A stretch of DNA of 64,000 nucleotides, taken from NCBI GenBank assembly GCA_043228905.1, contig JBHGNT010000010.1:10788001-10852000 (forward strand), read 5' to 3'. Of the stretch, positions 58,713-64,000 are shown piece by piece. Source of the stretch: Azolla caroliniana (taxonomy: Eukaryota; Plantae; Polypodiophyta). The position numbers and the translations under genes are program-made. Numbering within the stretch: position 1 is the stretch's first letter; each line of letters begins with the position of its first letter. The notes beneath the pieces were generated by a model, which was not told the DNA's origin, made no database searches, and saw only the letters and a list, made by a program, of their open reading frames with translations.

Positions 58713-61700
58713 TCTACATCTGGCCAACTATGCCAAAAGAGAATACGACATATTACCTGTTTCAAATGACCCGGTGTTCACCACCTTTGCGGACCTGAAA
58801 GATAAATTCTTGCACTTCTTCCAAAAGGAGGTGGACCAGAGAGAAATAATGGGCCAATTTTATACCATCCAGCAGAACCCCGGGGAGAGCATTCCGTAGT
58901 TTGTCATCCGGTTTCAACGAATGCACAATCAGCTTACCCGCGCACCTCCGGAAGAAGAAACACAGGCTATATTCTTAGCCGCGCTCCGGGAACCTCTACG
59001 AATGGTATGCACGGTCATCGACTTTCGCACAAGCACTGTCGACTAGGTCATCGACCGGGTTAGAGAAATGGAGAAAACAAGCTCTTGGCTAACAATGGGA
59101 GCCCTCCAACAAGCGTTACCGACCGATGAAGATCTCCGGTTCCGGCAAGCAATCCAATGCACAACCTGCTTGAATTCCGGACACTCGTCACTGGAGTGCA
59201 CCATGCGGACGCACTGCTTACTCTGCCAATCTACGAGCCACACGATGGACCGGTGCGAATATAACTTATTGAATCGGCAAGCACCACCAGTCCGACAAAT
59301 CGAGCCACGTAGCAGCCGAGACGAAGAAGACGAACGCTGGCGGCGAGAGGAGCGATATCGACCGGCACAGGATGTCCGGTACGACAATCAGCGAGACAAC
59401 TATGACAGATACCGAGATTACAATGGATGGAACGAGTATCACAACCGGGATCACTCCCCCGGGTATCACCAACGATGGGAAGATTACGGGAGATATGACG
59501 ACCAACCCCGTCAAGGGTACCGCAACAAAAAGAACTTTAATAAAAAACGGCATTTCAAAAAAGGGAGCCACCCACGTGAACCGGAAAAAGGCGCCTCAAG
59601 TAGCCAACCGGACCAAAGCCCCGCGGTTACCACAGGTCCTCCACCGGGTACAGGAAACAATGCCAAATCCAGCAATACTCGGAAAGCATATTGCTATTAT
59701 TGCCAGCAAGAAGGACATTATAGTAATCAATGTCTGGCAAAGAGCTACGACAAGCGACCGGCAGTAAACATGGTAGTCGCCGAAGTCGCAAACCCGCAGC
59801 AGGTTACCACAAGGTCAAAGGGCAAGACGACAGAATGGGAGACACAAGAGGCCATCTGGAAGCAGGCAACGGAATGGGTGAAAAAGGCAAATGAGCGAAA
59901 TGTAGTAGAACTTGCGCAGCAAAAGGAGAACACCGAAGAGCTCGGCGGCGGCAGTCCAACCGAAAATGCGACATGGCAGGCATTGCAAGAGTGCACAATA
60001 ACGCTGCCATTAGGACGGCTCCTGCAACTAGTGCCCAGATTCACAGAAGGACTCAAGACAGGCATGACGGTAGGAGAAACACCACCGGCACCAACATTCT
60101 TCTCAAATCTGGGAAGGAATTAACACCCCTATATGCCGAATGTGTCAATATGCTGGACAGATTAGCAGACGAAGAGGTGGATCAATACTTGCAAGATAAT
60201 CCGAAGATAGTACCCTTGTTCGAAATTGACGTAGTTGAAGCCGTATCACCATACATACTGCCACCGGACGGAGCGGACGAAGAACCAAATAAAGAAGTGA
60301 TCCGGGAGCTACGGCAAGCACAAGAAGCACTGGAAAGAGAAACGGTCGTATCACAACGGGTTAAAGCATCCCAACCAGAGGAGGTAAATCTAGGAACTAC
60401 GGAAGAGGCGAGATCGGTGCAGATTCCCAAGGAAATGACTACGGGGAACAGAACGGCGATGATTACACTTCTCAAAGAGTTTCGGGACGTGTTTGCCTGG
60501 TCTTACGAGGATATGAGAGGGCTCGATCCTCAGCTATATCAGCATCAAATACATTTGAGCAAAGACGCCAAACCGGTAGCACAGCGACGGTACCGGATGA
60601 ATATGAACTACGCTACCAAAGTCAAGGAGGAAATCGACAAGTTACTGAGGGTTGGCTTTATCCGTCCCGTAAAGAAATCTACATGGTTGAGCCCGATAGT
60701 AGTCGTACCAAAGAAAAACGGCAAAATTAGAGTATGCGTCGACTACCGGAAGCTTAATGCGGCGACGGTAACTGATGCATTTCCACTTCCATTTACGGAT
60801 GGATTTTTGGACGCAATCATCGGCCATGAGGTATACAGTTTTTTAGATGGATTCAGCAGATACAACCAGATCCGGATGCACCCCCCGATGACCAGGAGAA
60901 AACGGCTTTCGTCACTAAATGGGGAGTGTTTGTTGCCGTAGTAATGATGTTCGGACTAAAAACGGCGCCGGCAACATTCCAGAGGATCATCATGGAAATA
61001 TTCGGAGAATTCATACCGGCATTCATGCAGGTGTTCCTCGACGACTTCGTCGTTTATAGCCGGGAAGGAGACCACCTTCCGCACCTCAGACTGTGTCTAG
61101 AAAAGTGTAGGGCTTACCGGCTAAGCCTGAATCCGGCGAAGTGTGTATTCGGCGTGTCCAGCGGAACGCCACTGGGGCACATTGTGAGCAAGGAGGGCAT
61201 CGTCATTGATCCGGACAAAGTAAAAGCGATCCTGGAGGCACCGGCACCAACAACGGCGAAGGCCCTAAGCCGTTTCTTAGGCCAAATCCGTTGGCATAGC
61301 CGAATGCTCCGGTATTTGGCGGACCTAGCTACACCACTGCATGTTGCGGTACACCGAACACCGTTCCAGTGGACCGACACCGAAGACAAGGCGTATCGGG
61401 CACTCAAAGTTCTATTGTCGCAAGCGCCGGTAGTGCAACCCCCGGATTGGGCGAAGGAATTTCATGTGTTCGTGGATGCGTCTGACATTGCAATCGGGAG
61501 TGCGCTGATGCAACTTACGGAGCCAAGATGGTACCGGCCCGTATATTATGCAAGCCGGAAGTTATCCCAAGCCGAACAAAATTATTCCACCATGGAAAGG
61601 GAAGCTTTAGGCATGATCTACAGCGTAACAAAATTCAGGCATTATTTATTGGGAAGAAAGTTTTCCTTCCATGTACATCATTCGGCACTCCTCTACCTAC

Positions 61701-64000
61701 TGTCCAAATTGTCACTTACCGGTAAGTTGGCCTAGTGGACTTTGCTATTACAAGAATTCGAATGCGAGATATTCCACCGACCCGGCATACAGCATGCGGT
61801 AGCAGATTATTTAAGCTGGTTAGATTCCGGCGAAACCGGCGACGGAGTACCGGACGAGTTTCCGGATGCTGAGCTATTTCGAGTCACCGCAGAAACAGCA
61901 ACAAATGAAACGGTGGCACCAGAATATAAGTGGCTAACAAATATGCACCAATTTCTGAGCACCGGATTGCCTCCGGAGGAGATGAACCGGGACGAGAGGA
62001 AACGCCTGGCGGTACAAAGCCGGCAATTCTGTTTATTACGAGACACGTTATACCACAAAGGTGCGGACGGTATATGGCAACGAGCGGTGCGCAACGACGA
62101 GAAAGAGGTAATACTACGGGAAGCACACTACGGGGTTGTGGGAGGCCATTATGCCGAGGATGCTACGGCAAGGAAGATATGGCAAAGTGGCCTATGGTGG
62201 CCGACTACATTGAAAGACGCAGTCCGGTACGCGAAAGAGTGTGATCTATGCCAGCCAATGGGCCAGCCAACGAAACAAGCTAGGATGTCGCACCAGCCAG
62301 TACTACCGCTAGAACCATTTCAAAAATGGGGACTGGATTTTGTTGGACCATTTAAACCACCGGCAATGAGAACTGGCAACCGGTATGTGATCGTCGCGAT
62401 GGACTTTTGCACTAAATGGGTGGAAGCCAAAGCCCTACGAGACAACACCGCGGCGTTGACGGCAAAATTCTTATACGAATACATTTGGTGCCGGTACGGA
62501 TGCCCCATAGAGCTGATAAGCGACCAAGGAGGGCACTTTCTTGGACAAGTAGTGGAGAGCTTGACGTCATTCTATGCGGTAGTACATAAACGGAGCACCC
62601 CGTACTACCCACAAGCCAACGGATTAGCTGAGTCAACAAAAAAAACGCTACAGAATATTCTGCGCAAGATCGTCAATGAAAATCGGATAGATTGGGGCAC
62701 GAAGCTGCACAGTGCGCTTTGGGCTTACCGGACAGCGTACAAAACAAGCATCCGAACAACGTCGTTCCGGTTAGCATTCGGATTAGAGGCAGTCATGCTG
62801 GTTGAGTTCCAGGTACCGAGCTTACGAATCCAGATTCGGGAACGACTTAATGAAAAGGAATCGAAGGCAATTCGGTTAAAGGCTCTGTGTGAACTAGAAG
62901 AACACCGACTGGCGAGCATCATGCACCTGGAATTGGAACAACGGCGACGGAAAGCGTTTGTAGATCGGCACCGGAAGGGAAACGAAAAGATGTTCGAAAT
63001 CGCCAAGCCGGTACTAGTGTTCCAGACCTGGATGGGTAAAATGCCAGGCAAACTACCGTTTAGATGGACCGGACCGTACTGGATCACACGCGGGTTCAAT
63101 GGGTCTTACCAGTTAGGGACACTTGCCGGCGAGGTGCTGGGTAAATGGGTCAACGGATTTGGACTAAAGCCATACAAAGGACCTATGCCCAAGAACCCAT
63201 TTGAACGAAGGGCCGCCACCGAATCAAAAGCCAGCAGGCCAACCACGACGGCAACCCGTGAGGAAAACAGCTACCACCAAGCCGGTAACGAGGAGCACGA
63301 GTCAGTAACCGGGGAAAGCATAACGATTGCAAACCGTCAAGAGGCCGGCAAGGTGCGCGTTTCGGGTAAGGGTCCGACAGGACCGGACAAAAATTAACCA
63401 CACAATTAATTTTACAAAAAAATAAATAAATAAATAAATAAAAGAAGCGAATCAAAGAAATCATGGAAAGGAGTGGTGGAAACGGCCATGCAAACGAGGA
63501 GTAAAGAGGCACGTCGAAAAGGTACGAGGAGGCTATGAATAGGACATTAAACCACCGCCACATGGCACACAATACTATTATAGTACACGACCTGCACATG
63601 CGGAGGCTCGAAAAAGGCGCCAAGATGCAAAGAGAAAAACCCCCACGCATCGAGACCTTCTCCTTTCGCGAACCAAGGAGAATAGACGCAGACAAACGCG
63701 TGAAGATCAATCGAAGAGAGCTCACGCACAGAGAACCCCCTCACTCAGAACTTTCTCTCTCACACTCTCCCCACCATCAAACCTCGCCAACGCTCTCCGA
63801 CCTCGACGTAGAGATGGACTGCCAAACACTGTCTGAAGCCACCAAGAAATGGTTACGGCAACATGGACTGGAGGGTTTCTTGACGATCATGGAGGCGGCG
63901 CCACACAAGGAGGCCAAAAAGATTATCAAAGAAATCGACATAGAGGTGATCACGGAGGAGGCGATCCGTGTGTTAACAGGCCTTCCGGAGGAGGGCATCT

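Larger units (their letters stand above)
49897..58778. mobile_element. Unclassified TIR DNA transposon with 37-bp TIRs and a 4-bp CACC TSD, containing nested material
   Basis: AACACCGGGTCATTTGAAACAGGTAATATGTCGCATT (49897-49933) versus its reverse complement at 58742-58778 (one mismatch). CACC at 49893-49896 and 58779-58782. Confidence 0.85.
48599..64000 (+). mobile_element. Gypsy-B: 5' LTR 48599-49058, gag 49114-49896 resumed at 58783, protease-deleted pol to 63397, extra ORF from 63814 (runs off the window)
   Basis: PBS at 49066-49075. Gag reads GPAARWHRTQDPTTIT|TFADLKDKF across the TIR element, colinear with Gypsy-A gag. Confidence 0.88.

Overview
Eukaryotic land-plant DNA, inferred to be a non-angiosperm such as a fern or lycophyte from the Tcn1-like chromovirus, the RTEX-like LINE and the PLS-E PPR gene. 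Roughly 85% is nested transposable elements around a two-gene island. (1) 1-22.2 kb: a Copia 3' end whose LTR appears split at a (CT)n tract by a ~5 kb LINE. The LINE is interrupted by three complete Copia elements, each with a 5-bp TSD: intact Copia-1 at 626-6084, Copia-2 at 8565-14325 and Copia-3 at 14397-19807. (2) 22.2-26 kb: Gypsy and Copia fragments. (3) 27.8-33.9 kb: an intact 7-exon GH5 glucan 1,3-beta-glucosidase gene with a fascin-like insert, and an intronless PLS-class PPR gene. (4) 35.7-37 kb: a chromovirus 3' end whose LTR holds a heat-shock element. (5) 37.3-64 kb: a deep nest of Copia-6 < Gypsy-A < Gypsy-B < an unclassified TIR element (37-bp TIRs, 4-bp CACC TSD, 49897-58778). 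The TIR element contains a CACTA-like end, an unknown ORF and Gypsy-C, which has an intact pol and an intact 889-aa extra ORF. The most notable observations are the TIR element, the conserved non-env extra ORF, CCGG enrichment across unrelated retroelements, a covarying hairpin enclosing Copia PPTs, and the microsatellite-flanked RTEX-like LINE. Coordinates were read by eye. Clade assignments come from motif recall, not database searches.
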